From contig CATOPA010000001.1 of assembly GCA_951801965.1 (NCBI GenBank), forward strand, positions 1 through 61,831: 61,831 nt of DNA, written 5' to 3'. Source of the stretch: an uncultured Erysipelotrichaceae bacterium. GTDB lineage: Bacteria > Bacillota_I > Bacilli_A > Erysipelotrichales > Coprobacillaceae. The notes beneath the pieces are model-generated. The model was not told where the DNA came from, did no database searches, and saw only the letters and a list, made by a program, of their open reading frames with translations. This document shows positions 34,437-43,486 of this stretch, one piece after another. Made by a program: the position numbers and the translations under genes. Position 1 is the first letter of the stretch; every line of letters starts with the position of its first letter.

Positions 34437-34667
34437 ATGGATGTTTGTTACAATAAATTGTTTAAATTACTTATTGATAAAAATATGAAAAAAACAGAGT
34501 TTTCAAAGGCAGCAGGAATTAGTGCTAATACACTAGCAAAATTATCAAAAAATGATTATGTTTCTATGGAAGTATTAGTAAAAATTTGTAGAACATTAGA
34601 ATGTACACCAAATGATATTATGGATATTTTATCTGCTAATAATAAGGAGGGTACAAATGAATATTAA
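34437..34667 (+). CDS. small XRE-family HTH protein, first gene of the BREX operon
   Basis: 76 aa with the HTH MKKTEFSKAAGISANTLAKLSKNDYVSMEVLVKIC. AGGAGG RBS. Its 3' end overlaps the brxA start by 11 nt. Confidence 0.8.
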   Translation: MDVCYNKLFKLLIDKNMKKTEFSKAAGISANTLAKLSKNDYVSMEVLVKICRTLECTPNDIMDILSANNKEGTNEY

Positions 34668-35268
34668 TGAACCCTATAAAGCATCATTTACCCGTGAACA
34701 GTTCTTATTTTATGAAATGAGAACAGTATCACAATTAATGATTGAAGGTAAAAACGATATAGAAATTAGGCAACTTGTATTTGATAATAATTTGTTTCAA
34801 TATCCAACTGAAAAATCGGTAGATAGAATGGTTAAGAACTGCTTAAAAAGATTACATCTTTTAGAGGATATGAGATTAGTTAGCATTATTGCTAATGGAG
34901 CATCAGATAGTGCGAAGCAAGTCTGCTTATATGCAATGATGAATCAATATCGTGTGATTAATGAGTTTATGGTCAATGTCATTGGTGAGAAATATAGAAT
35001 TAAGGATTTTTCTTTCTCAAAAAAAGATATGAATGTTTTTTTCTCTAGATTACAAGAACAAAGTGACGTTGTGGCTAGTTGGAGTGATTCAACTATTCAA
35101 AAATTAAAACAAGTTATTATTAAGATGCTTGTTGATACTGAATATTTAGATGATTCTAAGTCAGAAACACTGAATACAATTTTAATTGATTTTGATTTAA
35201 AAAATATATTAATTGATAAAAGAGATTATGCGACTTTATCAGTCTTTAATTATTTTGAAGGAGAGTAG
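34657..35268 (+). CDS. brxA: BREX protein BrxA (DUF1819-like)
   Basis: 203 aa. Size, position and the N-terminal YKASFTREQFLFYEMRTV pattern fit BrxA. Start moved to the ATG after an AAGGAGGG RBS. Confidence 0.75.
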   Translation: MNINEPYKASFTREQFLFYEMRTVSQLMIEGKNDIEIRQLVFDNNLFQYPTEKSVDRMVKNCLKRLHLLEDMRLVSIIANGASDSAKQVCLYAMMNQYRVINEFMVNVIGEKYRIKDFSFSKKDMNVFFSRLQEQSDVVASWSDSTIQKLKQVIIKMLVDTEYLDDSKSETLNTILIDFDLKNILIDKRDYATLSVFNYFEGE

Positions 35269-35270
35269 TT

Positions 35271-35825
35271 ATGGAAGGTGTAAAAGAGAGACTGGATCGT
35301 TTAAAAAAACTGATTCAAGAATCTGATTTTTTGGAAGGAAAAGGTTTGAGTAATGAGGTTAATATACGAATATTTTGTTATGATCCAAAAGAAGAAATGA
35401 TTATTCGTCATTTTATTAAACGAATTAGTAGTGAATCATTAGATTGTCGTATAATTCATTATGACTTATATGAGGTCTTTTTGAATATATGTAAAGATAA
35501 GCGTATTTTGGATCGAATTCCCGCATTAGAAGAAAAGAAAGGGAAAGAGTTTATACATAAACAATTTGAAAAAAGTTGCGATGCAAAAACTTTTGCTTCA
35601 AAGATGCAATACGAAATTCATCAAAAAGGTGATGTTGTTGTGTTAAGTGGCATTGGAAAAGTATTTCCATTTATGCGAGTGCATTCTTTATTAGAAGCTA
35701 TGCAACCTTTGTTCAATGATGTACCTATTTTAGTTTTTTATCCAGGAGATTTTGATGGCCATTATGTGAAATTATTTAATAAATTAAAAGCAAATGAATA
35801 TTATCGTGCGTTCAAATTAATTTAG
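35271..35825 (+). CDS. brxB: BREX protein BrxB (DUF1788-like)
   Basis: 184 aa, 2 nt after the brxA stop. Size and position are canonical. Confidence 0.75.
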   Translation: MEGVKERLDRLKKLIQESDFLEGKGLSNEVNIRIFCYDPKEEMIIRHFIKRISSESLDCRIIHYDLYEVFLNICKDKRILDRIPALEEKKGKEFIHKQFEKSCDAKTFASKMQYEIHQKGDVVVLSGIGKVFPFMRVHSLLEAMQPLFNDVPILVFYPGDFDGHYVKLFNKLKANEYYRAFKLI

Positions 35826-35837
35826 GAGGGGTTAATT

Positions 35838-38800
35838 ATGTTGATTGAGAAGATGTTTGAAAAGGATATAAATCGTCCAATTAATGGCGTTATTCAAGTA
35901 GAGCAAGATAAAAAAGATGTTATTAAACAAGAAGTTAGTGAATATGTGATTACAACAGAATTGAAGAAACATTTTAATAAATTTTTTGAGAATTATGGTG
36001 CATCTTTTACAACACCAACTGATAACACAGGGGTATGGATTACAGGGTTCTTTGGAAGTGGGAAATCTCATTTCTTAAAGATGTTATCTTATTTGTTAGA
36101 AAATAAGGATATTGATGGCAAACCAACCGTTGAATATTTTAGAGAAAAATATGATGATGAACTTTCTTTTATGAATATAGTTCAATCAACAAATGTTCCT
36201 ACAGAAACGATTCTTTTTAATATTGATGTAGAAGGATCAATGACAAAAGATGATACAGCAGTATTAAGGGTATTTGCAAAGATGTTTTATGATCATCTAG
36301 GTTTTTATGGTGCTGACTTAAAACTTGCTAAATTAGAACAATTTATTTCTAAACGTGGGAAAATGGATGAATTTAAAACTGTTTTTGAACAAAAGAATGG
36401 TGAATCTTGGGAAGATACACGAGAAAATTATGTATTCTTTGAAATGGATGTCATTGATACATTAGTTGAAGTATTAGGGATGACTGAGGATGCTGCACAA
36501 CATTGGTTTGATGGTACTGAAACTGCGGATATTTCTATTGGTCAATTAGTAAGTGAAATTAAGGATTATATTGATTCTAAACCAAAAGGATTTAGATTAT
36601 TATTTATGATTGATGAAGTGGGCCAATATGTTGGAACAAATACAAGTTTATTATTGAACCTTCAATCATTAATTGAAAAATTAGGTTCTGTATGTCGTGG
36701 TCAAGTATGGGTTGTCGCAACAGGACAAGAAGCATTAGATGATATGATTAAAGTACGTACAGATGAATTTTCTAGGATTATGGCACGTTTTAATGTTCGT
36801 TTAAGTTTAACTTCTTCAAGTGTTGGCGAAGTTATTGAAAAGCGTTTATTAACGAAAACACCTGAAGCATATGATAACTTGATAATGGTTTATGATAATA
36901 ATGATTCTGTTTTGAGTAATTTATATTCATTACAATCTCAAAAGAAAGATTTGAAAGGGTATCGCTCTGGGGATGAGTTTGCTCGTATTTTTCCATTTGT
37001 TCCTTATCAATTTATCATTATGAAAGATGTGTTTAATGAAATTCGTAAGAAAGGTCATGCAGGAAAACATCAATCTAGTGGAGAACGTTCGATGTTAAAT
37101 GGATTCCAAGAATCAGCACAAAAAATTAAAAATAGGGATGAGTTTGCGTTAGTTCCAATGTATTATTTCTATGATACATTGCATAGTTTCTTAGACACAG
37201 CAATTCGTAGTGTCATTGAACGTGCTGAAAAAGCAGCACAGTATAATGAAGGATTAACTGAATTTGATGTTAATTTATTAAAGTTATTATATTTAATTCG
37301 TTATATTGATGATGTGCCTTCAAATGTTGAAAATATTACGATTTTAATGGCAGATGATCTTCGTGTTGATAAACAAGTATTAAGAGAAAAAGTAAAAAAA
37401 TCATTAGATTGTTTAATTAATCAAAACTATGTATCTCGCAATGGTGATGTATATATGTTTTTAACAGATGAAGAGCAAGATATAGCAAGAGATATTAAAA
37501 ATACTGAGGTTGATACTTCGACTATTGTATCTCGTATTGGTGATTTAATTTTTAATGATATTTATAGAACAAAGAAATATAAATATGGAAAATATAACTT
37601 TGATTTTAATGCAGGCGTTGATAATCAAGTTACAGGTTCTACATCATTAGATGCAATAAAATTACATTTTATGACTGTGGCTGCAGATCCAAATGAACTT
37701 CAGGAGCTACAATTAATAACAAATTCTAAGAACTCAGAAGCTATTATTGTATTATCTGATGATTATAAATATTTCGAAGCAATGGAAATGGCTGAGAAGA
37801 TTCGTAAATATGTAAAACAAATTAATGTCAACCAAAAACCAGCAAATGTTCAAAAGATTATCACTGATAAACAAAATGAAGCTAGAAGATTAGAAAAACA
37901 AGTGATTGATGATATTAAAGAGGCTATTGTTAATGGTAAATATTATATTGATGGGGAAGTTGTATCTATTCAAGGAAATGATGCAGTAAAGAAAATTGAT
38001 GAAGCTTTAAAATATTTAGTAGAGCATACATATTATAATTTGAATATGATTGAAGAAAACTTTGATACTGATGCAGAAATCATAGCGATATTAAACGGTA
38101 CAAATCGTTCAATAGAAGGTATGAAATCTAATGCTCAAGCTCAAAATGAAATTGTAAAATACTTAGATTTACAATACAGTATGAAAATGCCAACATCAAT
38201 GTTTGATATTCAACAAAGATATTCTAAAAAACCTTTTGGATGGAGAGAATCTGACATTGCTGGTGTTGTAGCACAAGTCATTGTAAGTCAAAATGCAATT
38301 ATTAAATATGCAGGGCAAGTCATTAAACCTAACGATCATCGTATGGTTGGTTTCTTAAGAAAGAAAACAGAAATAGGTCAAGTTAAAATCTCTAAGAGAA
38401 TAGGTATTGATAACTATAAAATCAATCAAACAAAAGCATTCTTAAGAGAATATTTAGATGTTATGGATATTCCAAATGATGAAGATAGTTTAATTGCTTA
38501 TATTATAAAAAATTTCAATGATAAAAAAGTAGAACTTCAGGATTATTTAAATAGAAATAAACAAAGACATTATCCTGGATATAAACAAATTCAAGATGGT
38601 TTATCTTTTATTGAAGAAGTGTTAAGAAATCAAAATGATAATGTTGCTTTAGTAGATACTGTTGTTGATTTACAAGATGATCTTTTAGATAACAAAGATG
38701 ATATGAAGGATGTAGAACAATTCTACAATATACAGTATAGGTTATTTGAAAACGCAGATAACGTATTAAGAATAGCAGAGAGAGAAAAAGATTATTATGT

Positions 38801-39368
38801 AGGTGATGAGATTGTTGAACAAGCAATCGTATCAATGAAAGAAATAGTATGTTATCAAGATAATTACAATTATTCTCGTATTCCAAAGTTAAATGAATAT
38901 ATTGCCACTATTAAAGATGCAAAACAATCATTATTAACTGAAAAGAAACAAGAAGTATTGAATGTTATTGAGCAATGCTTTGCAGAGGTTGAGGCAAAAG
39001 CTCAAGTAGATATGAATAATTTATCTAGTATTTTAAATCAAGCAAGAATTAGTTTTGATAATAAGAAACAAGAAGTTGAAATGCTTGATGATTTAGTTGC
39101 TTTAGAAGCTAAAAAACAAGCTTTATTTAATGATGCAACTCGATATATTATGACTATGGAGCAAGCATTAACACCTGCCCCAGTAAAACCAACACAACCA
39201 GTAACAAAAAAAGATCAGCCAGTTAAAAAAGTGAAGCAATATTATAGACAAGTTATTTTCCCGACAAAAACTATAAAAAATGAAGAAGATATTGATAATT
39301 ACTTAAAAGAATTAAAATCTAAATTAATGGGATTAATCCAAGATGGTGATGAAATTAAATTGAATTAG
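35838..39368 (+). CDS. brxC: BREX ATPase BrxC/PglY
   Basis: 1176 aa. Walker A GFFGSGKSHFLKM and Walker B LLFMIDEVGQY. Confidence 0.88.
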   Translation: MLIEKMFEKDINRPINGVIQVEQDKKDVIKQEVSEYVITTELKKHFNKFFENYGASFTTPTDNTGVWITGFFGSGKSHFLKMLSYLLENKDIDGKPTVEYFREKYDDELSFMNIVQSTNVPTETILFNIDVEGSMTKDDTAVLRVFAKMFYDHLGFYGADLKLAKLEQFISKRGKMDEFKTVFEQKNGESWEDTRENYVFFEMDVIDTLVEVLGMTEDAAQHWFDGTETADISIGQLVSEIKDYIDSKPKGFRLLFMIDEVGQYVGTNTSLLLNLQSLIEKLGSVCRGQVWVVATGQEALDDMIKVRTDEFSRIMARFNVRLSLTSSSVGEVIEKRLLTKTPEAYDNLIMVYDNNDSVLSNLYSLQSQKKDLKGYRSGDEFARIFPFVPYQFIIMKDVFNEIRKKGHAGKHQSSGERSMLNGFQESAQKIKNRDEFALVPMYYFYDTLHSFLDTAIRSVIERAEKAAQYNEGLTEFDVNLLKLLYLIRYIDDVPSNVENITILMADDLRVDKQVLREKVKKSLDCLINQNYVSRNGDVYMFLTDEEQDIARDIKNTEVDTSTIVSRIGDLIFNDIYRTKKYKYGKYNFDFNAGVDNQVTGSTSLDAIKLHFMTVAADPNELQELQLITNSKNSEAIIVLSDDYKYFEAMEMAEKIRKYVKQINVNQKPANVQKIITDKQNEARRLEKQVIDDIKEAIVNGKYYIDGEVVSIQGNDAVKKIDEALKYLVEHTYYNLNMIEENFDTDAEIIAILNGTNRSIEGMKSNAQAQNEIVKYLDLQYSMKMPTSMFDIQQRYSKKPFGWRESDIAGVVAQVIVSQNAIIKYAGQVIKPNDHRMVGFLRKKTEIGQVKISKRIGIDNYKINQTKAFLREYLDVMDIPNDEDSLIAYIIKNFNDKKVELQDYLNRNKQRHYPGYKQIQDGLSFIEEVLRNQNDNVALVDTVVDLQDDLLDNKDDMKDVEQFYNIQYRLFENADNVLRIAEREKDYYVGDEIVEQAIVSMKEIVCYQDNYNYSRIPKLNEYIATIKDAKQSLLTEKKQEVLNVIEQCFAEVEAKAQVDMNNLSSILNQARISFDNKKQEVEMLDDLVALEAKKQALFNDATRYIMTMEQALTPAPVKPTQPVTKKDQPVKKVKQYYRQVIFPTKTIKNEEDIDNYLKELKSKLMGLIQDGDEIKLN

Positions 39369-39378
39369 GGAGATTACT

Positions 39379-39993
39379 ATGATTAATTATGATGATATTA
39401 AAAGTCAAATTATTATATCAATGAAGAATGTTGAACAACAATACTATACTCCTTTAGTTGCTAAATCAGAATTAACATCAGATACTATAAAAAGAGAGCG
39501 AAATTATTGTTATGAACTTTATCATCAATTACGTTCAAATAAAATTTTGATGGAAATGATTAAAGAAAATTATACTTTTAGTTCTGAGATTGACAAACGA
39601 GGACATGAATTATTTGAGGATGATTTAATACCAGATTTCATTCTTCATAGACCAGGTAAAATGTCCTTTGAAAATAAAGATAATCTTTTAGTAATAGAGG
39701 TTAAAGTTGTATTGGATAGTAACTCTTATGATGGCATTGCTAAAGATTTTTATAATTTGTCATTAATGTTAAGCGAATATGGATATCAGTATGGTATATT
39801 TATTTTAATCAACCATGATTTAAACGAATTTAAAAGAAAATTTAGATATATATGTAATAAAAGTTGGTTTGCAAATATGAAAGAAAATCAAAAGGAAAAA
39901 TTTTCTGAGATTGATATTATTTGTTCAAAAGAAGAGGGAAAAATAGATAGTATTATTACATTAGAAAAACTAATGAAGGAGGCTGATTTATGA
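39379..39993 (+). CDS. hypothetical 204-aa protein with a PD-(D/E)xK-like motif, inserted between brxC and pglX
   Basis: E46 (YCYELYH), P85-D86 (LIPDFIL) and E107-V-K109 (LLVIEVK) have spacing typical of restriction-endonuclease-fold nucleases. The stop overlaps the pglX ATG (ATGA). Confidence 0.7.
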   Translation: MINYDDIKSQIIISMKNVEQQYYTPLVAKSELTSDTIKRERNYCYELYHQLRSNKILMEMIKENYTFSSEIDKRGHELFEDDLIPDFILHRPGKMSFENKDNLLVIEVKVVLDSNSYDGIAKDFYNLSLMLSEYGYQYGIFILINHDLNEFKRKFRYICNKSWFANMKENQKEKFSEIDIICSKEEGKIDSIITLEKLMKEADL

Positions 39994-42900
39994 ATAAAAC
40001 AGCAATAAAAAACTATGCTGTCTGGGCTCGTAATGAATTGATTGAACGAGTGACTAGAAAAGCATTTGAATATGAAGTTACAAATGTAGGTGAATTAAAT
40101 AGCACGTTAGACGTTGTAAACGGAAAACTATTAACAGCAGATGAAAAGAAACAACGTCAAGAGTTAATTCGTGTTGTAAAAGAAAAAGGGTTTGATCAAG
40201 TTATGGAAGAAGTGGCATATACTTGGTTTAATCGCTTTATTGCGTTGCGTTTTATGGAAGTAAATAATTATCTTCCAAAGCGTGTAAGAATCTTTACAAA
40301 TGAAAATAATGAATTTAAACCTCAAATTATCGATGAAGCAATGAATCTTGATTTATATGGGTTAGATAAAACAGAAATCTATGAGTTACTTCAATCAAAC
40401 AGGCGTCAAGAGTTATATAAGAAATTGTTAATTGCGACTTGTAACGATATGGGGAATTATTTGCCAGGAATGTTTACAAAGATTAATGATTATAAAGTGT
40501 TGTTGTTTCCAGATAACTTATTAAATGATGATAGTGTATTAGGAAAACTAATTTCTGATATTGATGAAGATAGTTGGATTGATTCGGATATAGAGAATGA
40601 GTCTAGTAATGGTATCACTATTATAGGATGGTTATATCAATATTATATTTCTGAAAAGCATAATCAAGTCATTAATATTTTAAAAGGAACAGTAAAAAAA
40701 GAGGATATTCCAGCTGCTACTCAGTTATGGACTACTGATTGGGTTGTTCGTTATATGGTAGACAATTCTTTAGGACGTTATTGGATAGAAAGAAATCCAA
40801 ATAGTTCATTAAAAGACAAATTAGCTTATTTAGCTACATCTAAAAATAATGATTTACTTTTAGTAAATGAACGAGTTAATCCAGAAGAGATTACATTTTT
40901 GGATCCGTGTATGGGGTCTGGTCATATATTGGTTTATGCATTTGAGATATTTATGGAAATTTATAAAGAATGTGGATATTCTGAAAGAGATGCAGCATTA
41001 AGTATAATTCAAAATAACTTGTATGGTTTGGATATTGATGATAGAGCTTATCAATTATCTTATTTTGCAGTTATGATGAAAGCAAGAAGCTATAATCGTA
41101 GAATTTTGGCAAAAGAAGTTTCAATAAATTTAGCTTCTATACAAGAAAGTAACTCTATTGAACGATTTACTAACGAAGATATTACTACAAACAAAGAGTT
41201 AAATCAAATTGGTGAATATTTAGTAAATACTTTTAAACATGCTAAGGAATTGGGGTCATTAATTGATGTTAGAGTATTAGACTATCAATTATTCGATGAG
41301 TATTTAAATGAACTAAAAAATACAGTGTCAGTTAATTTGTATACATTAGATTGGCAAACATATGTTCTCCCACAAATGATTGAAATGAGTAAACAAGCCC
41401 AGATTCTTAGTAAAAAATATACAATTTGTACTACAAATCCTCCATATATGGGGAAAATGGAAGAGAATCTAAAACCATTTGTCATTAAAAACTATAAAGA
41501 TTATTCACCTGATTTATTTGCAGTATTTATGCGTAAGAATTTTGATTTTACAATTAAAGGTGGTTATCTTGGCTTTATGACTCCATTTGTATGGATGTTT
41601 ATCAAGTCTTATGAAAAGTTAAGAGAATATATTATCAATAATAAGAATATTGCAACCCTTGTTCAAATGGAATATTCAGCATATGAAGAAGCAACTGTAC
41701 CTATTTGCAGTTTTGTGTTAAAGAATGAAAGAACGGACACTGAAGGATATTATTATAGATTATCCGATTTTAAAGGTGGTATGGAAGTTCAAAAAGAAAA
41801 AGTATTAGAAGCTCAATCTAATAAGAATTGTGGGTATTTCTATGAAATATCAGCATCTAACTTCTCAAAAATACCCGGAAGTCCGATTGCATATTGGATT
41901 AGCAACGGATTTGTCAATGCCTTTGCGAACGGGCGACCATTGTCGCCTGTAGCTAAGCCTTGTGCTGGCTTGCAAACAGGCGACAATGGTCGCTTCCTAA
42001 GGCAATGGTTTGAAGTTGCTATTAAAAATATTTGTTTTGATGCAGTGTCTACCGAGGACGCCTACGCGCGCGCGGCGCACTGGTATCCATATAATAAAGG
42101 CGGAGAATTTAGAAAATGGTATGGTAATAACGATTATGTTGTCAACTGGGAAAATGATGGCTTTGAAATAAAACATTTCAAAGATCAAAATGGAAAATTA
42201 AGATCAAGACCACAAAATACTAATTATTATTTTAAAGAATGTGGTTCTTGGTCCTTAGTAACATCTTCGGCTACTGCTTTTAGGTATAAGCCTAATGGCT
42301 TTATCTTTGATGTTGCAGGCATGAGTTTCTTTGCTAATAAGCATTTATCATATTATATCGGTTTTTGTAATACAAAAATTGCATACGAAATTCTAAAAAT
42401 AATTGCTCCAACTATTAATTTTCAAGCAGGAGATATTGCAAAATTGCCAATTATTTTTAGTGAGGATAGAGTTGGCATTATAGAGAAGTTGGTTTTAGAT
42501 AATATATCTATTTCAAAACAAGACTGGGATTCTTTTGAAACGTCTTGGGATTTTGCTGCTCATCCTTTAGTCAAGAATAATGTTTCTAGTATTAAAGAAG
42601 CACACTCTTTATGGGATAAAGAATGTAATGAACGATTTAATCAATTAAAAGCTAATGAGGAAGAATTAAATAGAATCTTTATTGATATTTATGGACTACA
42701 AGATGAATTAAGTCCTGAAGTAGAAGATAAAGATGTTACTGTGCGTAAAGCCAATTTAACAAGAGATATTAAATCATTTATTAGTTATGCGGTTGGTTGT
42801 ATGTTTGGTAGATATTCTTTAGATGAAGATGGTTTAGCTTATGCAGGTGGTGAATTTAATCCTAACAAATATAAATCATTTGCTGTAGATCAAGATAACA

Positions 42901-43469
42901 TTATACCAATTTGTGATGATGAATATTTTGATGATGATATTGTCGGTAGATTTATTAAATTTGTTGAAACTGTATATGGAATTGAAACATTAGAAGAAAA
43001 TTTAAGGTTTATTGCTGATGCGTTAAATGGCAAGGGAATGCCAAAAGATGTTATTCGAAATTACTTCTTAAATGATTTCTATAAAGACCACTGTAAGATT
43101 TACCAAAAGAGACCAATATATTGGTTGTTTGATAGTGGTAAGAAGAACGGATTTAAAGCTTTAACTTATATGCACCGTTATAGTAGTGATTTAATTGCTC
43201 GTTTACGTACACAATATGTATTTGAACAACAATCACGTTACCGAAATCAAGTTGAAATGATTCAAAATCAATTGGACAGTGATTTAAGTTCTTTTGAAAG
43301 AGTAAGATTAAATAATAATTTGAAAGTTTTACGTGGGCAAGATGAAGAATTAAGAGAATATGAAGAAGTAGTTCATCATTATGCCGATCAAATGATTACG
43401 ATTGATTTAGATGATGGTGTTAAGGTTAATTATGAGAAGTTTAAAGATTTATTAGCTAAGATTAAGTAA
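39990..43469 (+). CDS. pglX: BREX adenine methyltransferase PglX
   Basis: 1159 aa. SAM motif FLDPCMGSGHILV, catalytic TTNPPYMG, and C-terminal GLQTGDNGRFLRQWFEV / YNKGGEFRKWYGN motifs. Confidence 0.92.
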   Translation: MNKTAIKNYAVWARNELIERVTRKAFEYEVTNVGELNSTLDVVNGKLLTADEKKQRQELIRVVKEKGFDQVMEEVAYTWFNRFIALRFMEVNNYLPKRVRIFTNENNEFKPQIIDEAMNLDLYGLDKTEIYELLQSNRRQELYKKLLIATCNDMGNYLPGMFTKINDYKVLLFPDNLLNDDSVLGKLISDIDEDSWIDSDIENESSNGITIIGWLYQYYISEKHNQVINILKGTVKKEDIPAATQLWTTDWVVRYMVDNSLGRYWIERNPNSSLKDKLAYLATSKNNDLLLVNERVNPEEITFLDPCMGSGHILVYAFEIFMEIYKECGYSERDAALSIIQNNLYGLDIDDRAYQLSYFAVMMKARSYNRRILAKEVSINLASIQESNSIERFTNEDITTNKELNQIGEYLVNTFKHAKELGSLIDVRVLDYQLFDEYLNELKNTVSVNLYTLDWQTYVLPQMIEMSKQAQILSKKYTICTTNPPYMGKMEENLKPFVIKNYKDYSPDLFAVFMRKNFDFTIKGGYLGFMTPFVWMFIKSYEKLREYIINNKNIATLVQMEYSAYEEATVPICSFVLKNERTDTEGYYYRLSDFKGGMEVQKEKVLEAQSNKNCGYFYEISASNFSKIPGSPIAYWISNGFVNAFANGRPLSPVAKPCAGLQTGDNGRFLRQWFEVAIKNICFDAVSTEDAYARAAHWYPYNKGGEFRKWYGNNDYVVNWENDGFEIKHFKDQNGKLRSRPQNTNYYFKECGSWSLVTSSATAFRYKPNGFIFDVAGMSFFANKHLSYYIGFCNTKIAYEILKIIAPTINFQAGDIAKLPIIFSEDRVGIIEKLVLDNISISKQDWDSFETSWDFAAHPLVKNNVSSIKEAHSLWDKECNERFNQLKANEEELNRIFIDIYGLQDELSPEVEDKDVTVRKANLTRDIKSFISYAVGCMFGRYSLDEDGLAYAGGEFNPNKYKSFAVDQDNIIPICDDEYFDDDIVGRFIKFVETVYGIETLEENLRFIADALNGKGMPKDVIRNYFLNDFYKDHCKIYQKRPIYWLFDSGKKNGFKALTYMHRYSSDLIARLRTQYVFEQQSRYRNQVEMIQNQLDSDLSSFERVRLNNNLKVLRGQDEELREYEEVVHHYADQMITIDLDDGVKVNYEKFKDLLAKIK
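41933..41993 (+). repeat. GC-rich perfect 18-bp inverted repeat (long hairpin) inside pglX
   Basis: GCGACCATTGTCGCCTGT (41933-41950) is the exact reverse complement of ACAGGCGACAATGGTCGC (41976-41993). The 25-nt spacer itself contains AAGCC/GGCTT. Confidence 0.9.
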
Positions 43470-43486
43470 AAAAACGAGGAGGGGTA

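Noticed and set aside
41921-42083. The GC-rich patch in pglX could be a DGR variable region or an invertase-driven phase-variation shufflon.
   Set aside because: The window holds no reverse transcriptase, no template repeat, no recombinase and no second partial pglX copy. The observation is kept as a finding, but these specific mechanisms are unsupported.
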